A stretch of DNA of 64,000 nt from an uncultured virus (IMG/VR IMGVR_UViG_3300028394_000079) (taxonomy: Duplodnaviria; Heunggongvirae; Uroviricota; Caudoviricetes), in IMG/VR virus record IMGVR_UViG_3300028394_000079; one strand, 5' to 3'. The notes beneath the pieces were generated by a model. That model was given only the letters and a program-made list of their open reading frames with translations, was not told where the DNA came from and did no database searches. The position numbers were made by a program, and so were the translations under genes. Positions within the stretch are counted from its first letter, which is position 1; each line of letters starts with the position of its first letter. This document shows, piece by piece, positions 37,641 through 48,700 of this stretch.

Positions 37641-38242
37641 CTAGATACAAGAAAATTCATCACCCGCCATTGTTAACTGCACAAAAACCAACGGAGGCTC
37701 CTCTTTTGGGAATGCTTTACATCGTAGATGTAAATGTAATGGATAAGGAAACAGGCGAAACTGCCAAACATAAATTACTTGTAGTTGGTTGTGAGGCTGA
37801 TGATATTGAAAGAAAAATGAGATGGATTTTTGATACTGGAAACGTATCAGTGATGATAAAGGGTGCTGAAAAAGTAAGAGAAAAGGTTCATTTCTTAAGC
37901 ACTATTATTACAAAAGACCAATCAATAAGCAGTCCTGTCATCATGCGTGATGAGAATTCGCAACCTATCAATCAGTTTTCCCCCCAGTTAACTGAGCCGT
38001 ACGACCCTAAGCTATTTGCCGTTGGCATAGTAACGACCATGTTGGCTAAGGACTCAGACCATGCACTGCGTAAGATTGCAACGGCTTTAATGAACCGTGC
38101 CACTGTAGGTAAGTCACATACAGGAGCCAGCTTACATGACGACTCAACAATAAACATAGAAGAAATTCCTAAGTCCAATGCATACGCATCTGCTAGGGAT
38201 GTATCCAATGAAGCAAACAAAGCACACATGGTGCGTGGATAA
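37637..38242 (+). CDS. AT-rich hypothetical protein
   Basis: 201 aa from MTRYKK. Confidence 0.6.
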   Translation: MTRYKKIHHPPLLTAQKPTEAPLLGMLYIVDVNVMDKETGETAKHKLLVVGCEADDIERKMRWIFDTGNVSVMIKGAEKVREKVHFLSTIITKDQSISSPVIMRDENSQPINQFSPQLTEPYDPKLFAVGIVTTMLAKDSDHALRKIATALMNRATVGKSHTGASLHDDSTINIEEIPKSNAYASARDVSNEANKAHMVRG

Positions 38243-38245
38243 AAC

Positions 38246-38416
38246 ATGACAAGCAGAACACATACACCCGAAGATGTGCAGAAAATTATGAAGCCGTGGG
38301 TTGGTCTGACAGCCAAAGAACGAAGCGAATTGTGGTGGAAAACGGACATGAGCAAAATGCCTGAACACGATTACGGCAAAGCCGTTGAAGCCAAGCTTAA
38401 GGAGAAGAACACATGA
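38246..38416 (+). CDS. Small protein WVGLT...EAKLKEKNT, not in the ORF track
   Basis: 56 aa translated by hand. Confidence 0.6.
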   Translation: MTSRTHTPEDVQKIMKPWVGLTAKERSELWWKTDMSKMPEHDYGKAVEAKLKEKNT

Positions 38417-38720
38417 GCGCCATCACACCACAAAAAATGGCACAAGACATTCTAAAAATAATGAATGACGTTGCTTCTGATTTCCCAGAAGAAGATCGAG
38501 AGCGTTTAAAAGCGGTCATGCTTGGGCAGTTGGGCATGGCTATGTTTAACGGCCCTGTGGAGATTGACGATGGCAAAGATAAGTGAAACAACTGCACGAA
38601 CAACCATCGGCATGATGCGTTCAATGGCAAGCCACAAACCGATCAGCCCATTTCATTTGATGGCGGCTGATGAGATGGAACGTTTACTCAAAGAAGTATT
38701 GGAATACAGAAAGGCAAACA

Positions 38721-38921
38721 ATGAGCGAACCAAGTTTAAACATATGGGAAAAAGCGTTGGGGTGGAGAAAAAGGCAGATGATCATCAAGCAACTTGATCC
38801 TGTAAGCAATCAGATCAGGAACAACACCTTGGAAGAGGTGGCTAAGGAGTTTGACGGTATGAAGAATGGTGGAGACACAACTGCAAGCTTTGCAAGTTAT
38901 GTACGGAGCATGAAGAAATAA
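38721..38921 (+). CDS. Hypothetical protein
   Basis: RNNTLEEVA...TTASFA.YVR.MK. Confidence 0.55.
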   Translation: MSEPSLNIWEKALGWRKRQMIIKQLDPVSNQIRNNTLEEVAKEFDGMKNGGDTTASFASYVRSMKK

Positions 38922-39115
38922 ATGGACACCAAAGAATTCCTAGCCAAAGCATGGCATAACTGGATTTGTAAACGCCTTGTAGATGTGAATACATTTCCAG
39001 AGCAACGTTGGGTTTTGGCTAGTGCTTGTTGTTTTGATCCTTGCGTTGCTATCCTATAACGTGACCGAGGGGGCACGTAATCTACAAAACCCCCTCACTT
39101 TATTAAAGGAAAAAA

Positions 39116-39307
39116 ATGCCCAGACCTAAGCCGCCATCACCACTTAAGCAACGCAACATGCGAATGTCTGATGTGGAGTGGTTGATTTTTCAAGAACTTG
39201 GCGGGGCAGATTGGCTCCGTCAGTTTGTCAAGAAGAAAGCCAAGCTACCGATTAACCACTACGAGAAACAGGTTGAAGATGAACGAATGCAAAAAAGAAT
39301 ACTGTGA
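39116..39307 (+). CDS. Small DNA-binding-like protein
   Basis: MPRPKP...LGGADWLR; AAGGA SD. Confidence 0.6.
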   Translation: MPRPKPPSPLKQRNMRMSDVEWLIFQELGGADWLRQFVKKKAKLPINHYEKQVEDERMQKRIL

Positions 39308-39477
39308 CTTCATAGGCAGTAAAGCGTTTGAAGACGACGGAGGTTGGAGTTACGAGGTCTGGCAAGCGGCCCAGCAGGCGGCGTTTAAACGACTGTCTAC
39401 AAGGTTTGCCGGTTATGGAGACATTGACTACACAGGCCATGAGATAGCCCGATATGTAAACTTCTTGGCAAAGCAAG

Positions 39478-39774
39478 ATGTACCGGAGTAGGAAGCTACT
39501 AGACATTGTTCGGGAATCGCCCTGTCAGATATGCGGGGCAAAGGATGGGACGATAGTGGCCGCTCACTCTAACCAACAACGGGATGGAAAGGGAATGGGC
39601 ATAAAATCCCACGACTACAGGATTGCCGCTTTATGTTATCTCTGTCATGCAGACGTAGACCAAGGACAACGTTTAAACAAGGAAGAGAGAAAGGCTGTCT
39701 GGGATGAAGCCCACAGAAGAACCATTGGATGGCTCTTTGATGGGGGTTACCTTACTGTGACAGACCTTTCTTGA
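39478..39774 (+). CDS. DUF1364-like zinc/HNH-type nuclease
   Basis: CQIC...AAHSN...GKGMGIK...LC..CH...D. Confidence 0.75.
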   Translation: MYRSRKLLDIVRESPCQICGAKDGTIVAAHSNQQRDGKGMGIKSHDYRIAALCYLCHADVDQGQRLNKEERKAVWDEAHRRTIGWLFDGGYLTVTDLS

Positions 39775-42700
39775 TCTCTTGGATATCACTGGTCATAGTG
39801 ATCAGTGCTTCATTGATACCGGATAGGGCATCCCGCTTTTCATCGGGATCCATGTCTGAGGCACGAATCTTCTTGGCATTTTCAAGCAAAGGTTTTATTT
39901 TGGCATCCATGTTTTTAATTAATCCACGAGCACCTAAAAGTTGTGCGTTGGGTAGACCAAACATACGGTGCTTACCTTCCATAAAGTCGGAAAGCTCATC
40001 ACCTTGACCTGTGCCTTTAAGGACATTCATTGTCCTGACAGTTTCATCAACCGCATCTTTTAGTTCAAAGTATGCAGAAAGACTTCCCTTGGCTTCTTTG
40101 TTAACCGCAAAGCGTTTATTGATTGGGTATTGATCAGGTCTAAGAGAGGGTTTTTTAACATCACTCATAGAATCAAAGACTGCATCTATAGCGCTAACCA
40201 AATACATGCCCATGGTTCCTGTGTAACCTTGAATCAAGTGATCAATCAAGATTGGAGATTCATTGATAGCCTTGCCCACTGTTTGTGCAATCTGCGTTGT
40301 GTTGGGGCCAACTTGTAAGCCGGGTCGAACCCCCTCTAAGCCCTGACCAACAATGGGTCGCATTGTAAAGTAAGAGTAGTTAGTACGTGCTTCCACCAAA
40401 GGCAAGACAACTTGAGGGATGTAGTTAACCGCAAAGGTACTACGCAGTGCACGTTCCATAGACTTAGCTAAGTCTTCTCCGGTATCACTACCAAACATGT
40501 ATGCCAAGATCCGCTCAGGAATCACTTTAAACAGAACACCAACTTCAAACGGAATGGGTATCAGGCGATTAATACCGGGGATGATCCAGTTGTTATCCTT
40601 GACTTCTTGTTCTTGCTTTTTGTATTCATCATCATCCTTCATCATGAACCAATACATAGAACTCAAAGCCATCATTGTGGCTCCACGGATGATAAAGGCT
40701 TTTTGAACACGCTTTTGGTAATCAGTCTTGCTTACGCCCTCTGGCCTTGGAGCCATACCAGCGCGGTACAGAACATCTAAGCCTTGGATACGTGCGTTTA
40801 AAAACGGTATAGCCGCAGTCACAATACGGATGATGGCAGAGCTACCCTTGCGGTTAAAGTTCATTACCTCCATCGCTTGACGGATAGCCTCGGCTTCATT
40901 GCCTGTACGAGCTAATGTATCCTTGTAAACGGCAATACGGGTAGCGGCATCAGATGCTTCTGTACCCTTCTCAAGGAATCCCCATAGACTTGTGATGGGT
41001 CGCAAGGCTTTCTCGGTGTCAGTTTGAGTCTTGGACTTCTTACGAAGATCTTTAGCCAGTTGACTACCGCTAGTGGCTACGTCTTTAGAGAAGTCATAAC
41101 CACCAATTGCGCCCGCATTCATCAAATCATAGAACTCAGGTGAGCGGTTAGCCATCACGCGACCAAAGTTACGGATGGTATCTACCATAGGGGTTATATC
41201 TGCACCGCTAGTTGCGTAAGCTGACAATGAGTCACGCATCATGTTGGCAAGGATAAAGCCGGGGTCTTTTGTAACCATGCTACGAAGCAAGTTGGCAGGG
41301 CCAGCCAAGATGCCAAGGAAAGGCATCTCTGGTAGGTTTAAACTCTGCATTGAATCGAACAGCAGACGGTCATATACAACGTAGGAAACGGGAATGCCGT
41401 TACGCAAAACGGTTACCGTATTGGGAGCACTAGAGACTTCAGGCAACTGAACCGCAGTACCCAAGAACAAGGCTTGGTCAATCGCTCTGTTAGCCGCAAT
41501 GTTCTTCATGCCTGACTGGACAGAAGCCTGAGTGTTCCGGACAACAGTCTCAAGGAAGTCAGCCAGTGGAGCCTCGCTACCTTTAGCTTTCTTAGGAGCC
41601 TTGACGTTAGACAAGCTTTGGAAGATGTTGGGGCCAAAGGTTTCTTCACCCTCTAACTGGCGGTAGAAAGGAATGTAGTCGGCATATTTCTTAAAGATTG
41701 CGCCCTTCTCAGGGGTAAGTACACCAGTTTTGACCATGTAATCCACATGGCCGTTGTTGTACTTAATCCAGTCAGCATGGACTTGTTTAAACTCAGGATA
41801 GAGAAGTTCCAAGTCATCCGCAAATTTAAGATCTTTTGTGTCAAACAACTCTTCTTTGTACTTGCCATTGCTTGTAGCTTCTAGGCGAGTACCCCGTCTA
41901 ACACCAGAGTAGAACTGAAATGCCCGATAGATGTAAGGATCACCACGTTTAGCCAAAGGCATTAACAACTCAGTCAAGCCTTTGACAGTACCGTTTAAAT
42001 CACTGACTGTTGTGTAGCCCTTTTCGTAGACTGGCACACCACCTTTGGATTCTCCATAACCCATGACTGCGGCGGCAACGCCTGCGGATGTATCAGACTG
42101 AAGAGCGGCAAACTCTGCGCTTGAGTCTGCAAGGAGTTCAATACCGCCCATCGCCTGAGCCATCTTCTTATCGTTGACGCTCATCTGGTTGTAACGATTA
42201 ATAGCACTGGCACGAAACTTAGATCTTGCTTCAGGAGAGATGGCGCTCATCATGCGCTCAATGAATCCTTCTTCTTCACGGACAGTGGTTGTGCCCAAGA
42301 TGCTTTGGTTAATATTTGCACCGTTGTTAGTCTGAGCAATCTGATCAGCAATGCTTGGGAAGCTAAACTTCTGCATTTTGCCGCCTTCACCGACAAGGCG
42401 AATGCCATTGTCTGCTGTTAAGGCAACTGCAAAATTATCATAGAAGCCGTCATAACCCAAGGTGTCAAAGATTTTAGGCCATGCAACGGCCATTTCCCCT
42501 TTGTTGGTTTGGTATCGATCAATGGTGCGAGAGTTGGTTACCGCCCTGTAGGCCGCAATGTCAGCACTGTCGCCTTTTTTCAAGAGTTTGTAATCAGGTA
42601 TACCCAAAACCTCGTTTAAATTATCTGCTTCTTTTTGTGTAAGCACATAATTTTTATTCATTAATTTATACGGGCGATCCGTAGCAGTCTCAAACACTAC

Positions 42701-45700
42701 GCCCGGATTGCGGCTTTCGCCACGATTTCTAGCGGCTTGAACCGACATTGGGTCTGCTTCTGCATTTGCGTAATTTGTGGCCGTATTTTTGCCGCCAAAA
42801 AACACCAAGCCACCCTCATCTAAAGTCCCGCTACTTGTTTTGATGGGTGAACGTGAGACAAGGACTTGACCGGAGGTTTCAATCTCTTTGGCTCGTTCTT
42901 CATGAGCACCGTGATAAAGCAATGTGTCGGCGGGTAATGTGTATTCTTTTTTATTCTGAGGCAGTTCTTTAGAATTAAACGAACGCAAGCTATAACGGAT
43001 GTCAGGGTTAGTGGGATCGTATGTACCGATGTTTCCTGTAGCAGACTTAATCTGTGTAGGTTCAAAAGCAACAGCCCACTGAACAGAACCATCTTTCTTC
43101 CTTAACAAAACACCGTCATAGCCAGCATCTTTTAATTCTTGTCGTTTAGGAATTTTGTCTAAAACGGAATCAACAATTAAAGGATTTTGCAAACTAATGT
43201 AAGCGGGGATAATGTTTGGCTTTGAGCCATACTGCATTCCACTCTTACCTGCATATGCCTCTGCATCAGCGGGGTCTGAAGTAAAATAAGATCCTTTACC
43301 AAGCAAGGCTCCAAAGTCCTTGGTGTTAAATGCGGCAATGTCTCCCTTGGAAACATAATCGTAGGGAGTGCCGTGGTACATAACAAGCGGCTCGCCATCA
43401 GCATCCACAACCTTACTGTCAGCAAAGAACCGTTTAAACTCAGGCGTATCTGGAGCCTGACGCAAGCTTAGTTTTGGCGGGTTGTATTCAACTACGGCAT
43501 CAGGGTTATATCCTTGGCCGTAGTCCACCACTAACTCACGCTCACCAGTGTGACCAATCATCACAATGTGTTCGGGCGTTAGATCCATCTCAACTACTGT
43601 AAGTTGGTCTTTAGGGATCTTCCGGAAGGTGGCTAAGTTGGCAAAAGATTGAGCAACATCAGGACGTAATGTAAAAGAAGCTAATTGGCTACCCATAGCG
43701 CCAGCTTTAATCTCCTCAAGTTCCTCTACGTGCATTAAACGATAGCCTTTAAACTCATTACCAAAAGACTGGCGCACCAAGTCTTGTACATTCTGCATGT
43801 ACTGCTTACCGCCTTGTACACGGTACAAGTCATATGCAGAATCACGATCACCTAACCCAGAGACGCTACCAATCCAGTTTTCACGAATAATTTCTACGCC
43901 TTCGGGTTCTTTAATATCGTCAGCTTTGTTAAAGAAATCATCAATTTGACGCAGACTAAAGCGCATGTCTTTAGTCTCGCCAAACTCACCAGTGTTACCT
44001 GTGGCTGACTTAACTTGGTTGGCATCAAAGACTGCGAGATTCTTCTTACCGTTCTCTTTTACATAGAAGGAATCAAAACCTAGACCTCTAATAGCTTCTT
44101 GTATTTCAGGACTTTCAATAGTATCCCAATCACCTTGTGCAACCTTATCAAACAAAGCTGTTACATCTAAATCTGGATTTCTTCCAAAAAAACTGTCTAA
44201 ATAAAAATTTAAACTATCTAAATTGTCAGAGTTTTCAAAGTCAAAGGGATTTTCTGCACGTACCCACAGAGGATAGACATTAATCTTGTTCTCACTTTTG
44301 ACAGATTCATCTTCATGTGCTCTTCCAAAGTATTCAGCTTCTTTGGCATATGGACTAATAAATATGGGAGCATTTTCCCTAAAGGCATTAAAGTCAACAC
44401 GGGAAGCGTGGTACATCACCAGAGGACGACCTTCTTCTTTAACAATGCTTTTGCCAAACCAGCGTTTAAACGCATTATCTGTAGGCGGGGCTTTGCGGTA
44501 AGCGGCATTTTCTGCTTCTTCAGCCGTTGGGAAAGATGTGCGGAGACTTAACTTTGGTTTGCTAGTTACATCAGGCTCAATATTAGAATCAGTTGCCCAC
44601 TCAGGCATTAACCCAATTTTTTGATCTGCGTAAATAGTATCTTCACCAGATGCGGTTTTATTAAATTCGGCATTGGGGCCAAAATTTACGTCTGAGTTTT
44701 GTCCCCTTGTGCCAGCAGTCATTGCTCTGGCGGCAAGTGGTGAATACATCCTAACGTGAGACTGGAAGGCGTTCTCTTCACCCTCTGCTCTAAATCCAAA
44801 ACCTTCCTTAACATGACCATAAAAATCATGCGTTGCTCTAAACACCTCAACTACTCGGGCTTGTCTGCCGGAAATAATAATATCTGTTAAAGCTAAAGCA
44901 GGGTTGATTCTGATTTGTTTTTCAGTAATGGCATCTTTGCCAAAACCACCATCAGCAGGGAAAACGTAAAGATGATTGTTGTTTAAAACATCAAGTATTG
45001 CATTACGTGGGTTTCCATAAGGATCCCTGTTGTTGGGCATAAACTCAATTGTTATGCCCGTTTTAATCATGGCTTCGTATTGAGCAATAGTTTCCTTAGC
45101 CCAAGCTTGATAAGCTTCTTTTACCTCTGACGCAAGCGGTCTGTTTAACATGCTAGCGTATGTGTTAGCCAGCAATGTAGAGAACTTTTTATCTAGTTTG
45201 TGGTAACTAGCTTGTTGGCGATATGGAATTCCCATTTGTTCCGCATACAAAATAGCCGCTTCTCTTGCAGGTATGTAAGGGCCAAATGTAACTTCAACAC
45301 CATCAACTTTTACTTTTGCTGGTAATCCTTCAACCGGTTCTTCAAGGTACGGATACTTTGCCCTTGTCTCATCATCCAGTAGTTGTATGTCTCTTCGTAC
45401 TCTTCGTTGGTCTGGAAGTTCTTGCGCTGAGGCTTTGAGTTTTCCAGTTCTTTGATTTTGTTTTCTAGATCCATACCCTTCTCCTTCTTCAAAATAATTC
45501 TTTACAGCCCTAACTTGTGCCGCTACTAATTCATCAGAGTCGTCGTAGTATGGGCCGGGATTTTCTAACAAAGTTGTGCTGTCGTCCGGATCATATGACA
45601 TGTAAACAACGTCAGGCTCACCCTTGTTGTAGTCTTCAAATGTTATCTTGTTCCAGTTGTCAGGTATGTATTCTTCATTCCAAGTCATGCGGCCAACAGC

Positions 45701-48700
45701 TTTAAACCCATTGGCGTGGTAAAGGGTGGGAAGAATTGTGGCAAATGCGTCAAGCCTTCTACCGCCTTCTTGTACCGCTAACTGGAGCGATGAGTTGGCA
45801 GATCCTCTGTGTGGCTTACCTGAGAAGACGGAAACAATATCGTCTTTCTTAAGGGCAATGCCAGACTTACCATCTTGGGTTAAGAACAGGCGCATCTTGG
45901 CGTAGTCCTCTACAGGATACACAAAGACAGCCGCACCATATTCAGTTGAATCTTTGGATGCCTGAATGGCATCCGCATATGTCTGAGCATCATCACCGCT
46001 AATCTCATAGAACACGGGCGATTCAAACCCGTGGTCGCTGATGATGTCTTTAAACCCTTGAGTAGGTCTGTATCGGGCAATTGGCGCTACGCCTAGAACC
46101 CGAATTCCTTCGCCATCTTCAATGCTTTCTCGCGTGTGAGTCCCGGGTTCAGATTCATTGCGTCCTCTATAGGATCGTACGGCTTCTCTGAGGGAGTATT
46201 TTGGCCCGTAGTCAGACTTCCCACGAAGTTCCTCAGCGTTCTTGACCGCTCCTCCGGATTCATCCCTGCCGTTAAGTTCTGTATCGAAGACCACACTGGG
46301 TCTTGCTCGTCCAGTAGTCTTTCCGGACTGAGCGATGATTGCTTCTTCGTATCCGATGTCATCGGCTTTCCTTCCGCTTAGTTTTTCGTAGAGGCGTTTC
46401 TCATAATACCAAAGAGCCGCTTGGATGTCAGCTAAAGTTAAATTAATGCCGTCTTTACGCAACATAGTTTGCGCTTTACGGCCTGCGTCATACATGAACT
46501 TGCGGTCGGTAGCTGTAAACGGTGCTTCCTCCAGCATCTCAAATTCATTCTTGTAGATGGTGTTAGCCATCTTCTCAAGGTTGTGTTCAAACAACAGTTG
46601 GTCGTAGGCGGCTCCGGCTTTGGCTTTGGCTTTCTTAAACCATGCTGGTTTCTTGTCTTTCTTGGCAGGCTCTTTCCCCTTAGCCAAATGCTCAAGCTCA
46701 GTGCTATAGCCGTATTCCTCGTACTTATTACGCAGGGGAATCGTAGCGGCAATCACTTCATCACGGGTTGCGCTAGGCATTTCCATCATGTCACGGAACT
46801 TGTTAATAGACGCTTCAGTTGCCTGAGGAATTAACAAGCCACGCATCCGGTTGACAGAGCGAGTCCACCACAGATCCATGGTGAGATAGCCCTCTGAGCC
46901 AGAGAGGTTGGCGTAGAACGCACCCAGCTTAGGCCCAAAGTAGACTGCGGCGGCAGGGACAGTCGTGTCCTTGAGGTAGCTACCATCAGTGTCTTCACCC
47001 ATCTCACGCAGACGGGCATTCATTTCTTTGACCGTAATTTCTTCTAAGAGAACCTTCTCAAACTTTGTGCCGTGCAGATTAAGCAGGTCTTGGATCATCT
47101 TGAGGTTGTTCTCAAGAGCGGTAGCTCTACGGTTGCCCATGGCAATCAGAGGCTTACCATCACGCAGTTTGGAATACAGCGTGATAGCGTTAGTAATGTT
47201 CTTGTTAACCTTTTCACCGTTAGATGTAACTGCCACCAATGCAGAGAATACAGAACGGGCGTGTTTGTTATCGCTCAGTTCAGGGAAACGGCTTGCCAAG
47301 CGTTTAACCGCCTTGGGATAGTTGTTTGAATACCAACCCAGACCTGTACCAGTTGTGGCTTGAGTGCCCAATTGGAATGCAACCTCATCTGCCATTGCCC
47401 TAGCAAGCTGAGTAGATTGCTCTTCGCTCAAGTTGCTTCGATCCATCTGGCCGAAACGATCTATGGTGTATTGGTTTAAAGCACTGGCGATGTCCCGGAC
47501 ATTATTGAATATGCCACGCTTGGCCTTGGTGTTTAAACCAAGATCCTGCTGGGACGCAGTCATGTCCTGCTCCATAAAGTTACGGGTAGACAGCGGCGTA
47601 TAAACGGGCTGTTTTTCATCCCCGTAGAAAGCGCCAAAGGATGTAAGCGACTTCTTAACTTCTTTGTTTGCCTCGGCAGGCTTAGAAGGTTTTAGTTCAC
47701 CCTTCTCAATCTTGCCAAAGATGTCCTTGTAGGACTCGTAGCCTTGACCATTGAGGTATGACTTGAGGGTAGAGAAGAAGTTGCGGAGTTTGTTCAGCAA
47801 CGCAGTCAACATTCCCGGAGGAGCCTTGTTAGCATCAAAGTCACCAAAGGCATCTGCGATTGCTTCTTCCAGAATGTCTGCTTCGTTTAAACCCATCTCA
47901 ACATAGGCATCGTACCGGCTGACAACTCGCCCGTCGGATGTCTTTGTTTGATTGTTCTTAAGGTACTTGTCTACCCACTCAGCTTTAGCTTGACGCTCTA
48001 AAGAAGCCCACTGGGAATCAGTAAAGAACCCTAGTTCTTTTAAAGCATGGAGGGCTTCATGGCGCATAACCCTTACAGGGTTCTGTGCATCGATAGCTAA
48101 CTGGATAACCTTAGCGGCATAGGAGCCATCTGCGCCCTGTTCAATGGCATTAACAATCTTTAGGGCTACATCCTGTAGGCCAAACCGTCCCAACATGGAT
48201 TGGAGGGAAGCTTGTACGGCTTGAAGCCCTTGTGTTTGTTCTGGTGTTCTAGGTGCTGGTGCTGGCGCTGTAGACCGGCGGGCAATCTCTGCGTTTAAAC
48301 GAGCCTTTAACTTAGGAGATTTGGTTTTTGCCAACTCTTGAATTTCTTTGTCTGACAGGTCTTCAAAGATAGATTGCTCGGCTTCCTCACGGGTAGCCTT
48401 GGTTCCTTTAACAACCTGACCCTTGGTAACTCGGTATGTCTTGGGCGTAACCTTCTTTGTGCCAACAGGCACAACAGTGACAGGCCTGCTATAGATCTCT
48501 TCTTGATTCTTAAGGTTAGCAATGACGGGCATAGCCTCGTCTAGCACGGCTTGGTGCGCTTCTTCTGCAACCTTATATGCGGGGGTATCAACCAACCCAT
48601 TGAGTTCAAACTTGTGCAGTTCGTTCTCGGACTTAGTAATCTTTGCGTCTTGAGCCTTTAAAGCTTCTTGCGTTTTCTTAAGTTCACCCTGTGCAAAACT

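Noticed and set aside
39000..39110. Possible tRNA or ncRNA
   Set aside because: Only a GAGGGGG/CCCCCTC stem; no cloverleaf or T-loop.
46438..48522. Other off-frame ORFs in the giant gene (46438, 46831, 48307)
   Set aside because: Composition looks like noise and they overlap apparently folded parts of the main frame.
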